From positions 11,638-75,637 of the forward strand of contig CANQRL010000006.1 of assembly GCA_947626275.1 (NCBI GenBank): DNA of 64,000 bases. The letters run 5' to 3'. This document shows positions 48,464 through 57,376 of the stretch, in pieces; within the stretch, counting starts at the first letter, position 1; each line of letters begins with the position of its first letter. Source of the DNA: an uncultured Bacilli bacterium. Lineage in GTDB: Bacteria > Bacillota_I > Bacilli_A > RF39 > UBA660. The position numbers were made by a program, and so were the translations under genes. Below the pieces are notes generated by a model. It was not told the origin of the DNA. It saw only the letters and a program-made list of their open reading frames with translations, and ran no database searches.

Positions 48464-49618
48464 ATGGACGAATTAATCAATAAATTGAAGTTACAAAATA
48501 TGAATTTTGATTTTCAGGATAATAATGGTTCTGTTGAAATTATTCTTCATAGTGATAAATTAGAAGATATTAATAAAGTTATCGGTTTAATCAAGGAAAC
48601 AAATAGTAATGTTAATAAGGTTGTAGTGGATTTACCAGTGGATGCCCCTTCTTTTGGTATGGATTATTTGCAAGGGATAGTTGATCAAAGTATCGTTGTT
48701 TTTCGTTCTAGAAAAGGAATTGTGAATTTTTCTATTGATGATTTAATAAAACTAGAAAATTTAATGGATATTATGGTTAAAGATATTCGGGAGAGTGATT
48801 TAAGTCCTTATGAAAAGTACATTGCTATTTATGATATTGTTAGGTCTTTTAAGGAATATAGATTTTATGAGGACTCTAGAAAAAAAGATCGGGAAGCTCC
48901 CGACCAAAGTAGAAATGTTTATTTGCTTTTGATAAATGAATGGATAGTATGTGCGGGTTATTCCCAGTTATTAAATTCCTTATTAACAAGAATAGGAATT
49001 CCATCCATTGAATGGGTTGTAAGCTATGAAACACATGCTAGAAATTATGTGCATATAAAAGATGACAAATATCATATAGATGGATTTTACATGTGTGATC
49101 CAACGTGGGATCAAGCACAAGAGGATATCATATTAAAACCAGGTATTCTTATGAATATGACGTTAGAGCAAAGTTCCGTATTAGATCCTACGTTAGAAAA
49201 AGGTGCCAAATTATTAGGAGCGGATCCATTCCAAATGATAGAATATCTAAGGAAGCCTGATAAACGAGCTGAAATAATGAGAATAATAGCATCACTTGAC
49301 GCTGAATTTTTTCGTTCTGTTGAAGAAGAGTTTAATTCTTATGGACTTAACCCTGTTTATGATCCAAATTTCTTTAATGGTATAGTTCCTAAAAATGAGT
49401 ATATGTTTGCGGACAAGATTTGTGAGTACCTTAGAAGCAAGGTTAGTAGCCACATTGGTAAAGACGTTCAGGCAAAAGCTATGGTTTGTGTACAAGAATT
49501 TATTAATGGTGAAAAATATAGTGATGAAGAGTTTGAAAGACAATGTCATATATGTGCAGAAAATATCGACTTGGCACGAGATGAGTATTTAGATCGTCAT
49601 TCCAAAAAGAGAAACTAA
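48464..49618 (+). CDS. Cytoplasmic transglutaminase-like (Cys-His-Asp) hypothetical protein
   Basis: IVCAGYSQLL..LL...GI, HARNYV, D....CDPTWD; no signal peptide; own TG-TATACT promoter. Confidence 0.7.
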   Translation: MDELINKLKLQNMNFDFQDNNGSVEIILHSDKLEDINKVIGLIKETNSNVNKVVVDLPVDAPSFGMDYLQGIVDQSIVVFRSRKGIVNFSIDDLIKLENLMDIMVKDIRESDLSPYEKYIAIYDIVRSFKEYRFYEDSRKKDREAPDQSRNVYLLLINEWIVCAGYSQLLNSLLTRIGIPSIEWVVSYETHARNYVHIKDDKYHIDGFYMCDPTWDQAQEDIILKPGILMNMTLEQSSVLDPTLEKGAKLLGADPFQMIEYLRKPDKRAEIMRIIASLDAEFFRSVEEEFNSYGLNPVYDPNFFNGIVPKNEYMFADKICEYLRSKVSSHIGKDVQAKAMVCVQEFINGEKYSDEEFERQCHICAENIDLARDEYLDRHSKKRN

Positions 49619-49660
49619 AAACATTTCGTAATGAATATTCTTTCCAAATAGAAGAAATTA

Positions 49661-49698
49661 TAAAAAAATACACTTTTTAAACAGAAGTGTATTTTTTT
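49661..49698. terminator. Bidirectional terminator
   Basis: AAAAAATACACTTT...AGAAGTGTATTTTTTT between convergent genes. Confidence 0.75.
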
Positions 49699-49709
49699 AT
49701 AGAAATGTG

Positions 49710-51332
49710 TTATTTATTTTCGTATACTTCTACAATGGCAGGAATAATTTGTTTCTTTCGTGACACAATAGAAGGAATAAAATAACCTTGGTAAATATTT
49801 TCAATTTCAAAAGCCTTTTCAAGGGTTTCTTTACTTTCTTCGTTGTAATAAATATAAGAACCTTCTTTGATAATATCTGTTGCAAATAATAGTAGCATAT
49901 GATAACCCTGTTCCTGTTTCGTTTGTGTAATAATATCAACAAAGTCTTTTTTCATGGCTTCTAATTCATCAATATTTAAAGTATTAATTTGACCAATTCC
50001 AATTTTATCGTTTTCTAAAGAGAAGTTTTTAAAATCGGTGAATAAGACATCTTCAGCAGTTTTTCCTTTTAAAGTAGATCCGTTTTTAAACATTTCATAA
50101 GCATAAGATTCGATATCTACTCCTGCTATTTCTGATAGACGATAGGCAATTTCTTTATCCAACTCTGTTGTTGTTGGAGAACGAAATAATAAGGTATCAG
50201 AAATAATAGCGGATAGCATGATTCCAGCAATATCTTTAGGAATATGAATTTTATTTTCTTGAAATAATAAATAAACAATACTACAGGTACATCCAACTGT
50301 CATATTGCGAAAATTAATTGGCTGAGAAGTACCAATGGTACCAATTTTATGATGGTCTACTATTTCTACAATTTCTGCTTCCTCTAATCCTTCTACACTT
50401 TGATCTTTTTCATTGTGATCCACAAGAATGACTTTTTTTCGATGTTTATTAATGGTATCTTCAATTTGAACAACTCCTAGGCATTCTTTAATGGGATTTA
50501 AAACTGGAAAAACAGAATATCTTAATTTGTTTGATAATTCTATAAAATCTTTAACGTAATCTTTTTCTTGAACCGAAATAATATTATTTTTTACCATTAA
50601 AGTTTCGGCGTAATTACACATACCGATAACTTTGACAACATTAAAAGTTCTCAATTTTGTTTTAATAATACTGACGTGGTTTTTTCTAGCTGTTTCTAAG
50701 TGTTTGTCTTTAATATCTTTACCGCCCGTTAAAATTAATAATTTAATCCCTGATTGAACAGCATATTCAATGATGCTATGCCTATCTCCAACAATTAAAA
50801 TAGAGGAACGATCAAGTGGAATATCTTTGATGAAAGTAGTGCTTCGATATGAGGCTACTAAAACATTACCTTCAATTTCTTCTTCAAATCTAAAAACTTC
50901 TTCTCCTTGTAAAGTACCTAAGATATTGTTATACGATGTTTTTATTTCATCATAATCCCAACTAATTAATTTGTTGGTGATGTCTTTCATAGATAGTAGC
51001 CCTAAAAATTTATTTCGCCGATTTACGATAGGAATGGAACTTAAGTTGTTTTTTCTCATGTAAGCAATGGTATTATATAAAGATTCATAACGGTCACAAT
51101 ATAATCCTTTGCCATAATCGATATCTTTTATTTGTAATTTGACATCGTTTAGGTACATTGGCTCTTTCACATGAAAATAATTTAAAACAAATTTTGTTTC
51201 ATTATTTAAATCTCCTAGTACTCTTGGAATCGTATTTGACCCTAAAGCATTTTTTAAGTAAGCAAGAGAAATCGCACTGCAGACACTATCCGTATCTGGT
51301 TTTTTGTGACCAAAAATAAACGTTGCTTTCAT
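49710..51332 (-). CDS. ppaC: Family II Mn-dependent inorganic pyrophosphatase with CBS-DRTGG insert
   Basis: GHKKPDTDS, LVDHNE..QS, DHH, SDTLLFRSPTTT, SRKKQ; start MKATFIFG at 51332 (RBS AGGAGG). Confidence 0.92.
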   Translation of the reverse strand: MKATFIFGHKKPDTDSVCSAISLAYLKNALGSNTIPRVLGDLNNETKFVLNYFHVKEPMYLNDVKLQIKDIDYGKGLYCDRYESLYNTIAYMRKNNLSSIPIVNRRNKFLGLLSMKDITNKLISWDYDEIKTSYNNILGTLQGEEVFRFEEEIEGNVLVASYRSTTFIKDIPLDRSSILIVGDRHSIIEYAVQSGIKLLILTGGKDIKDKHLETARKNHVSIIKTKLRTFNVVKVIGMCNYAETLMVKNNIISVQEKDYVKDFIELSNKLRYSVFPVLNPIKECLGVVQIEDTINKHRKKVILVDHNEKDQSVEGLEEAEIVEIVDHHKIGTIGTSQPINFRNMTVGCTCSIVYLLFQENKIHIPKDIAGIMLSAIISDTLLFRSPTTTELDKEIAYRLSEIAGVDIESYAYEMFKNGSTLKGKTAEDVLFTDFKNFSLENDKIGIGQINTLNIDELEAMKKDFVDIITQTKQEQGYHMLLLFATDIIKEGSYIYYNEESKETLEKAFEIENIYQGYFIPSIVSRKKQIIPAIVEVYENK

Positions 51333-51474
51333 GATATTCCTCCTTTCAAACATTACATGATTATAACATAGAATTCGAAAAAAACAAAGAAAAGATGGTT
51401 TAAAAGGATGTTATAGTACTTTCATTTTTAAAAAACTACCTAAAAACCGACAAAAGAAATTTCCTTCCTTTTTT

Positions 51475-51503
51475 GTATAAAAGATAGAAAATCAAACAAA
51501 CTA
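51475..51503 (+). promoter_or_regulatory. Sigma-G-like forespore promoter of the spoVT-like gene
   Basis: GTATA (51475-51479)-17 bp-CAAACTA (51497-51503). Confidence 0.5.
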
Positions 51504-51522
51504 TTTTTAGAAGGGAGTTTGT

Positions 51523-51957
51523 ATGTCAAAAACAACGATTGTTCGAAAAATAGATGATTTAGGAAGATTAGTTTTGCCAAAAGATGTACGAAAAGTCTTA
51601 AATATTCATACGGGTGATTTATTAGAGCTGACGACTAAGGAGGATGTTTTATCCATTACGAAATATTCTAGTATTCAAGATATCCGTTTTTTAGCGGAAA
51701 TTCTTTTCAACACAATTTATGAGAAATATCATATTGAAGGAATTCTATTGGAGAAAGATTGTTTAGTAAGTTATCCTAGTATTGTATCCCTAAAAAAAAT
51801 AGAGGATAAAAGAACAGCAGATAATTTTTTAGAAGCTCCTATTTTGAGAGAAGAAAAAGAGGTCGGAAAATTAGTTTTTTTGACAACGGATACGAAATAC
51901 CATGAGTTACTTTCTTTCCTCGCTTTATTTTTTAGGAAATATCTTGAAGAATGTTAG
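51523..51957 (+). CDS. spoVT: AbrB-domain regulator, SpoVT-like with shortened GAF-like C-terminus
   Basis: TTIVRKIDDLGRLVLPKDVR..L.I..GD.LE, then ITKYSSI...AEIL...I; downstream of mfd as in B. subtilis. Confidence 0.65.
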   Translation: MSKTTIVRKIDDLGRLVLPKDVRKVLNIHTGDLLELTTKEDVLSITKYSSIQDIRFLAEILFNTIYEKYHIEGILLEKDCLVSYPSIVSLKKIEDKRTADNFLEAPILREEKEVGKLVFLTTDTKYHELLSFLALFFRKYLEEC

Positions 51958-51972
51958 AAGTTGTGTTATAAT
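51944..51972 (+). promoter_or_regulatory. Sigma-A promoter of the T-box leader
   Basis: TTGAAG-17-TATAAT with extended -10 TG. Confidence 0.7.
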
Positions 51973-51979
51973 GAAGCCA

Positions 51980-52195
51980 TTCAAAGGCGAAGAAGGAAAG
52001 AAAAATAAGGATGATTTTTTAGAGAGCTTGGTTAGGTGAAAGCAAGTAAATCAAAATTATTTCGAATGGGTCTGGAGCTTTTTATCGGAAAGGGTAAAAC
52101 GAGGTGCCGCGTTAAGGCTTTGAGTGTATAAAGTAATTTATAAATTAAGGTGGTACCGCGTCATCACGTCCTTATCTAGGATGTGATTTTTTTTG
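51980..52195 (+). ncRNA. T-box riboswitch, Met specifier
   Basis: AGAGAGC..GGTGAAAGC apical motifs, GA-ATG-G specifier (ATG 52066-52068), AAGGTGGTACCGCG T-box (52147-52160), terminator ATCACGTCCT/AGGATGTGAT plus T run. Confidence 0.9.
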
Positions 52196-52209
52196 TAAGA
52201 AGGTGTTGT

Positions 52210-52698
52210 ATGAGAAAGTTTGAAAAGATTAGTTTTAAACAATGGAAGAAAGACATAAACACATCTCGCGAAGAGTATGATTCTTTAGAATTACCAAAAC
52301 GTCAAACAAAATATAGTGCAGGGTATGATTTTAAAAGCCCCGTTGATTGTGTGATTCATCCTGGCGAAGTTGTGAAAATTCCAACAGGAATAAAAATCAG
52401 GATGAATGAAGACGAAATGATGATGTTGGTAGTAAGAAGTAGTACCGGATTTAAATACAATGTACGAATGACAAATCAAGTAGGAATTTTTGAGAGTGAT
52501 TTTTATAATAATGAGACAAACGAAGGACATGCGATGGTGAGTCTTCAAAATGAAGGAAAAGAAGATTTTGTCATTCATAAAGGAGATCGTATTGTCCAAG
52601 GAATTTTTGTAAAATTCCTAACAGTAGATGAGGAAGAAGAAATTACTACGGTTAGAAAGGGTTCGATTGGTAGTACAAATAAGGAGGAAAAAAGATGA
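52210..52698 (+). CDS. dut: dUTP diphosphatase (trimeric dUTPase family)
   Basis: LPKRQT..SAGYDF, IPTGIK, RSS, GIFESDFY (variant motif III), GDRIVQGIF, RKGSIGST; start MRKFE at 52210. Confidence 0.88.
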   Translation: MRKFEKISFKQWKKDINTSREEYDSLELPKRQTKYSAGYDFKSPVDCVIHPGEVVKIPTGIKIRMNEDEMMMLVVRSSTGFKYNVRMTNQVGIFESDFYNNETNEGHAMVSLQNEGKEDFVIHKGDRIVQGIFVKFLTVDEEEEITTVRKGSIGSTNKEEKR

Positions 52699-54248
52699 AA
52701 GAAAAATATTATATTTCAACAGCTATTGCTTATACATCAGGAAAACCGCATATTGGAAATACTTATGAAATTATTTTAGCGGATGCGATAGCGCGTTTTA
52801 AAAGGGCACAAGGATATGATGTCTATTTTCAAACAGGAACAGATGAACATGGAGAGAAAATTGAATTAAAGGCCAAAGCAGCTGGGGTAACACCACAAGA
52901 ATATGTTGATGAAGTAGCAGGGGTTATTCAAGGTATTTGGGATAGAATGAATACAAGCTATGACCGTTTTGTTAGAACGACAGATAAAAAGCATGAAGAG
53001 GAAGTTCAAAAAATATTTAAGAAGATGTATGATAAAGGAGATATTTATCTAGGTGAGTATAAAGGGTTATACTGTACTCCTTGTGAATCTTTTTGGACAG
53101 AATCACAATTAGTCGATGGAAAATGTCCTGACTGCGGAAGGGAAGTAAGGGAAGCCAAAGAAGAAGCTTATTTCTTTAAATTATCTAAGTATCAAGACCG
53201 TTTAGTAGAGTATATTGAATCTCATCCTGATTTTATTCAACCAGAATCTCGTAAAAACGAAATGTTAAACAATTTCATTAAACCAGGATTACAAGACCTT
53301 TGTGTATCTAGAACATCTTTTAGTTGGGGAATTCCTGTCGATTTTGATCCAAAACATGTTGTCTATGTATGGTTAGATGCCCTAACGAACTATATTACAA
53401 ATATTGGTTTTGATGTCGATCATCCAACCGAGGAATTTAAAAGATATTGGCCAGCAGATTTGCATTTAATTGGAAAAGATATCATTCGTTTCCATACGAT
53501 TTATTGGCCTTGCTTTTTATGGTCACTAGATATCGATTTACCAAAGAAAGTTTTTGGACATCCTTGGTTACTTACGAACAATGATAAAATTGGTAAGAGT
53601 AGAGGAAATGCAATTTATGCAGATGATTTAGCAGATCTTTTTGGTGTTGATGCCGTAAGATATTATGTATTACATGAAATTCCATTTGCCAATGACGGAA
53701 ATCTAACTTATGAATTGATGATTGAAAGATACAATTCTGATTTAGCTAATATTTTGGGTAATTTAGTCAATAGAACCATATCAATGGATAAGAAATATTT
53801 TGATGGTATAGTACCAGAAGTAGGAGAAGTAGAAGCTATTGATGATGATTTGAAAAAGGTTATTAAAGAATCTATTTATAAAACAGAAAATTCAATGGAA
53901 GGACTAAAAGTAGCAGATGCGATTGATGCTGTTTTTGAAATCTTTAGAAGAAGTAATAAATATATTGATGAGACAACTCCTTGGACGTTAGCAAAAGAAG
54001 GAAAAGTAGAGAGATTAAAAACCGTTATCTATAATTTGTTAGAATCCATTCGTGTAGGAGCTATCTTACTTCATTCCTTCTTACCAGAGACCGCTGAAAA
54101 AATCTATCAACAATTAAATACGGATAAGAGAGATTTTGAAAGTATTAAAGAGTTTGGCGCATTAGAAAGTGGAAGACCAGTGAATGACCCAGAACCTTTA
54201 TTTGCTCGTATTGATAAGGAAAAATTTTTAGAAGAGTTACAAAAATAA
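52695..54248 (+). CDS. metG: Methionyl-tRNA synthetase (short form, no C-terminal OB domain)
   Basis: YTSGKPHIGN, GTDEHG, C4 knuckle, YVWLDAL, GKDIIRFH, KIGKSRGN. Confidence 0.97.
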   Translation: MKEKYYISTAIAYTSGKPHIGNTYEIILADAIARFKRAQGYDVYFQTGTDEHGEKIELKAKAAGVTPQEYVDEVAGVIQGIWDRMNTSYDRFVRTTDKKHEEEVQKIFKKMYDKGDIYLGEYKGLYCTPCESFWTESQLVDGKCPDCGREVREAKEEAYFFKLSKYQDRLVEYIESHPDFIQPESRKNEMLNNFIKPGLQDLCVSRTSFSWGIPVDFDPKHVVYVWLDALTNYITNIGFDVDHPTEEFKRYWPADLHLIGKDIIRFHTIYWPCFLWSLDIDLPKKVFGHPWLLTNNDKIGKSRGNAIYADDLADLFGVDAVRYYVLHEIPFANDGNLTYELMIERYNSDLANILGNLVNRTISMDKKYFDGIVPEVGEVEAIDDDLKKVIKESIYKTENSMEGLKVADAIDAVFEIFRRSNKYIDETTPWTLAKEGKVERLKTVIYNLLESIRVGAILLHSFLPETAEKIYQQLNTDKRDFESIKEFGALESGRPVNDPEPLFARIDKEKFLEELQK

Positions 54249-54261
54249 CTCTTCTTTTTTG
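54231..54261 (+). terminator. Terminator of dut-metG
   Basis: AGAAGAGTTA-N5-TAACTCTTCT plus T run. Confidence 0.75.
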
Positions 54262-54351
54262 TCAATAAGTGTAAAATGGAGTTTTTTGTCGATGAAAATT
54301 CCTATTCTCTCTTCAAAAAGTGTGTTATACTCTATTCGTGAGGAGAAAATT

Positions 54352-54519
54352 ATGTCAACAAAAGAACGAATAGTAGTAAAGGAAGTACTTGTTGTTCTGT
54401 CCCTTATGGCTTTTTTAGTATTTTGTAGTTTTTTGGTAAGTCATAGATTGACGGACATCTTGTATTTTGGAGCTATCATGGTCTATATGCTTTATTATAT
54501 CCTTGGTAGAAGAGCTTAA
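54352..54519 (+). CDS. Small (55 aa) two-helix membrane protein
   Basis: RBS AGGAG, TG-TATACT promoter; MSTKERIVVKEVLVVLSLMAFLVFCSFLVSHRLTDILYFGAIMVYMLYYILGRRA. Confidence 0.6.
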   Translation: MSTKERIVVKEVLVVLSLMAFLVFCSFLVSHRLTDILYFGAIMVYMLYYILGRRA

Positions 54520-54555
54520 AAATCTATGATATAGATTTTTTTTATTATATGGTGG

Positions 54556-55311
54556 GTGATTGGGTTGTTAATTGATACACATTGTCATCTCGATGATTCA
54601 GCTTATGAATCGGTTGATGAGATTGTTAAAAATATGAATGGGATAATGATTACTGCAGGATGTGATCAAAAATCCAATGAGGCAGTTTTAGCATTAACTA
54701 CCAAATATCCAAATGTTTATGGTGTTTTGGGAATTCATCCAGAATATGTGAACAGTTATCGTGAAGAGGATTTTACTTTCTTAGAAAAGCATCTAAAGGA
54801 TGCAAAAATTGTCGGAATAGGAGAGATTGGACTAGACTATCACTACGATAGTGAGTCAAAAGAAAAACAAAAAGATTTATTTGAAAGACAACTGATACTA
54901 GCAGAGAAATATCATAAAACCGTAGTCATTCATAGTAGAGATGCGATTCTCGATACGTATGAAATAATGAAAAAGCATCCTACTTTAAAATATGATTTAC
55001 ATTGTTATGGATCTAGTTTAGAAATGGCTAAACGATTTCTAGAATTTGATGTTTGTTTTGGAATTGGTGGGGTAGTAACCTTTAAAAATGGGGAAAAGCT
55101 AAAAGAAGTGGTAAAAGGAATCGATATGGCATATCTTATGTTAGAAACCGATAGTCCTTATCTTTCTCCTGAACCATTTCGTGGGACAAGGAATGAGCCT
55201 GCAAGAACAGATTTAGTAGCGGCTAAAATTGCGGAACTTAAAGGGATAAGTAAAGAAGAAGTTATTGAAAAAACAATGCAAAACGCCATTCGTCAATTTG
55301 ACTTAAAATAG
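54556..55311 (+). CDS. tatD: TatD family nuclease (YabD)
   Basis: IDTHCHL, GIHP, GEIGLDY, IHSRDA, HCY, ETDSPYLSP. Confidence 0.95.
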   Translation: MIGLLIDTHCHLDDSAYESVDEIVKNMNGIMITAGCDQKSNEAVLALTTKYPNVYGVLGIHPEYVNSYREEDFTFLEKHLKDAKIVGIGEIGLDYHYDSESKEKQKDLFERQLILAEKYHKTVVIHSRDAILDTYEIMKKHPTLKYDLHCYGSSLEMAKRFLEFDVCFGIGGVVTFKNGEKLKEVVKGIDMAYLMLETDSPYLSPEPFRGTRNEPARTDLVAAKIAELKGISKEEVIEKTMQNAIRQFDLK

Positions 55312-55326
55312 TCTTTATGATAGAAT
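55298..55326 (+). promoter_or_regulatory. Sigma-A promoter of the yabE-like gene
   Basis: TTGACT-17-TAGAAT with extended -10 TG. Confidence 0.65.
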
Positions 55327-55351
55327 TTTTGATGTTGTAAGGGGTGACCTT

Positions 55352-56056
55352 ATGGAAATCTATTTGCTGAAATTAATTGGTAATTGGGTATCTGTTTTAA
55401 CCGTTTCCTTGATTTCCTTATTTGGAGTAGGAGATTATCAAGAGAAAATGGTGGGAGTAGATAATACTAGTTATGCCAAAACAGCAACGGTAGTAAATAA
55501 AATTATTCCCTATGAAACAAGATATGTATATAATTCTTCTAAATCGAGAACAGCGGCTCGGGAAGTTTTAGTAGAAGGGGAAAATGGACTTAGTTATACG
55601 TATGAAAATGGTTTGACGAGAGTCCTTCGTAATCCTGTAACTAAAGTAGTAGAAGTTGGAACTGGTCGTAGTGGGGAATATGTTGGTAGACTTACGACTT
55701 ATGGGTCAGATTGTCCTGGATGTAGTAAATCAGGAACAGTTGCTTGTCGTACTCGTAATGGAAAGACTCATAGTTTAACAAGAGATGGAATGTATTATAC
55801 GGATCAAGAATATGGTCGTGTTCGTATTTTAGCGGCTGATTTAAGTGGATTTCCATGTGGTACTATGATTTTGGTTGATAATGGAAAAATAGATCCATTC
55901 TATGCTGTTGTACTAGATACCGGTGGAACGATGCGAAGTCAATACGCTAAAGGATATATCTGGATGGATTTAGCGTTTGTTCATCAAAAGGATTCCAAAG
56001 GTACAAGAACAGGTAGTACTAATACAAAATTTAGTGTACAAAGATGGGGTTGGTAA
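55352..56056 (+). CDS. G5 plus 3D-domain cell-wall lytic/resuscitation-type protein (YabE-like)
   Basis: G5 EGENG...VEVGT; 3D domain LTTYG.DC.GC, ILAAD, LDTGG, MDL; between tatD and rsmA. Confidence 0.85.
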   Translation: MEIYLLKLIGNWVSVLTVSLISLFGVGDYQEKMVGVDNTSYAKTATVVNKIIPYETRYVYNSSKSRTAAREVLVEGENGLSYTYENGLTRVLRNPVTKVVEVGTGRSGEYVGRLTTYGSDCPGCSKSGTVACRTRNGKTHSLTRDGMYYTDQEYGRVRILAADLSGFPCGTMILVDNGKIDPFYAVVLDTGGTMRSQYAKGYIWMDLAFVHQKDSKGTRTGSTNTKFSVQRWGW

Positions 56057-56186
56057 ATCCCTCTTTTTTTTATCTAAAATATGACGCTAGAAAAAGGATG
56101 TCAAAAGCTATCTTTCAAATCCATAGAAAAGCGTAATATTTCCTTTTTTTATTTTGAAACTATGGTATAATAAATATGGTGGTTAT

Positions 56187-57026
56187 ATGGAGTATTCTCC
56201 TAGAAAAATGCAAAACTTACTAGAGGATAAAGAATTTAGACTGAAGAAGAAATTTGGACAAAATTTTATTATTGATGAGAATATTATTAATAATATTGTA
56301 GAAAAATCCAAATTAGATGATACTACTTTGGTTATCGAAATTGGTCCAGGAGCTGGTTCTTTAACTTATAAGTTATCCCAATCCGCTAAACAAGTTTTGT
56401 GTTATGAAATTGATACCACTTTAAAAGATGTCTTAGCGGAAACTTTAAAAAAGTGTTCTAATGTAGATATTTTATTTCAAGATTTTTTAAAGGCTGATGT
56501 AGTAGAAGATTTAAAAAAGTATGAGTATGATAAAGTGTTTGTCATCGCGAATCTTCCCTACTATATTACAACTCCCATTATTTTAAAGATAATTGAAGAT
56601 CAGCTGCCTGTCGACAAGATTGTTGTAATGGTTCAAAAAGAGGTAGGAGACCGCTTCAAAGCGGTTCCTGGAACGAAAGATTATAACTCTTTATCGGTTT
56701 ATTTACAGTGCTTTTATGAAGTTAATAAGCTGATGGATGTCAGTCGAAACGTTTTTTTACCGAAACCTAACGTGGACAGTATCATTGTTGAATTGAAAAG
56801 AAAAAAGGAGTCTCTCCCTTTTCGAGACCCTGCCTTATTTTTTCAATTAGTTCGCGATTCGTTTGGGCAAAAAAGAAAAAATTTACGTAACAATTTAACG
56901 AATTATCCATTGGATAAAGTGGAGGAAGTATTAAAACGCCATAACATGGATTTAAATGTTAGGGCAGAAGCTTTATCTTTAGAAATTTTTATAGAAATAG
57001 CCAAGGAGATAGGAGGAAATATATGA
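56187..57026 (+). CDS. rsmA: 16S rRNA m6,2A dimethyltransferase (KsgA)
   Basis: KKFGQNF, EIGPGAG.LT, ANLPYYITTP, MVQKEV, FLPKPNVDS; probable start 56187. Confidence 0.96.
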   Translation: MEYSPRKMQNLLEDKEFRLKKKFGQNFIIDENIINNIVEKSKLDDTTLVIEIGPGAGSLTYKLSQSAKQVLCYEIDTTLKDVLAETLKKCSNVDILFQDFLKADVVEDLKKYEYDKVFVIANLPYYITTPIILKIIEDQLPVDKIVVMVQKEVGDRFKAVPGTKDYNSLSVYLQCFYEVNKLMDVSRNVFLPKPNVDSIIVELKRKKESLPFRDPALFFQLVRDSFGQKRKNLRNNLTNYPLDKVEEVLKRHNMDLNVRAEALSLEIFIEIAKEIGGNI

Positions 57027-57376
57027 AAAAATTAGGTTTATTATTAGTGGCATTAATATTAGTCGTAGGATGTGAAAAAAAGGAAGAGGAACCATCTAAT
57101 TCTAACTCCAATTCTGGTTCTAATTCTAACCCAACAGTGACAGACTCTTCGTTAGCAGAACTCTATGTACAAAGTTTAATTGACAGTGCGGAACAGTTAT
57201 GGGTATTAGGGGAAGCTAGTAGCTGTATAGATGCCAAAACACTATCTACCCAAGAAGCAACCGGTGGAATGATTTGTATGGAAGATTCTATGTTAGTTGC
57301 TAAAAGTGTAACGTATGACGGATTTATTTGTAACGGACAAAAAAGTGAATTAAGCTGTGTGAAAACGAATGATTAA
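57023..57376 (+). CDS. Small lipoprotein with Ser/Asn linker
   Basis: MKK..lipobox VVGC, SNSNSNSGSNSN; four further Cys in the mature part. Confidence 0.7.
   Translation: MKKLGLLLVALILVVGCEKKEEEPSNSNSNSGSNSNPTVTDSSLAELYVQSLIDSAEQLWVLGEASSCIDAKTLSTQEATGGMICMEDSMLVAKSVTYDGFICNGQKSELSCVKTND

Noticed and set aside
51447-51455. CCGACAAAA shared upstream of comK (31262) and spoVT
   Set aside because: Only two copies of an A-rich 9-mer; cannot be distinguished from chance.
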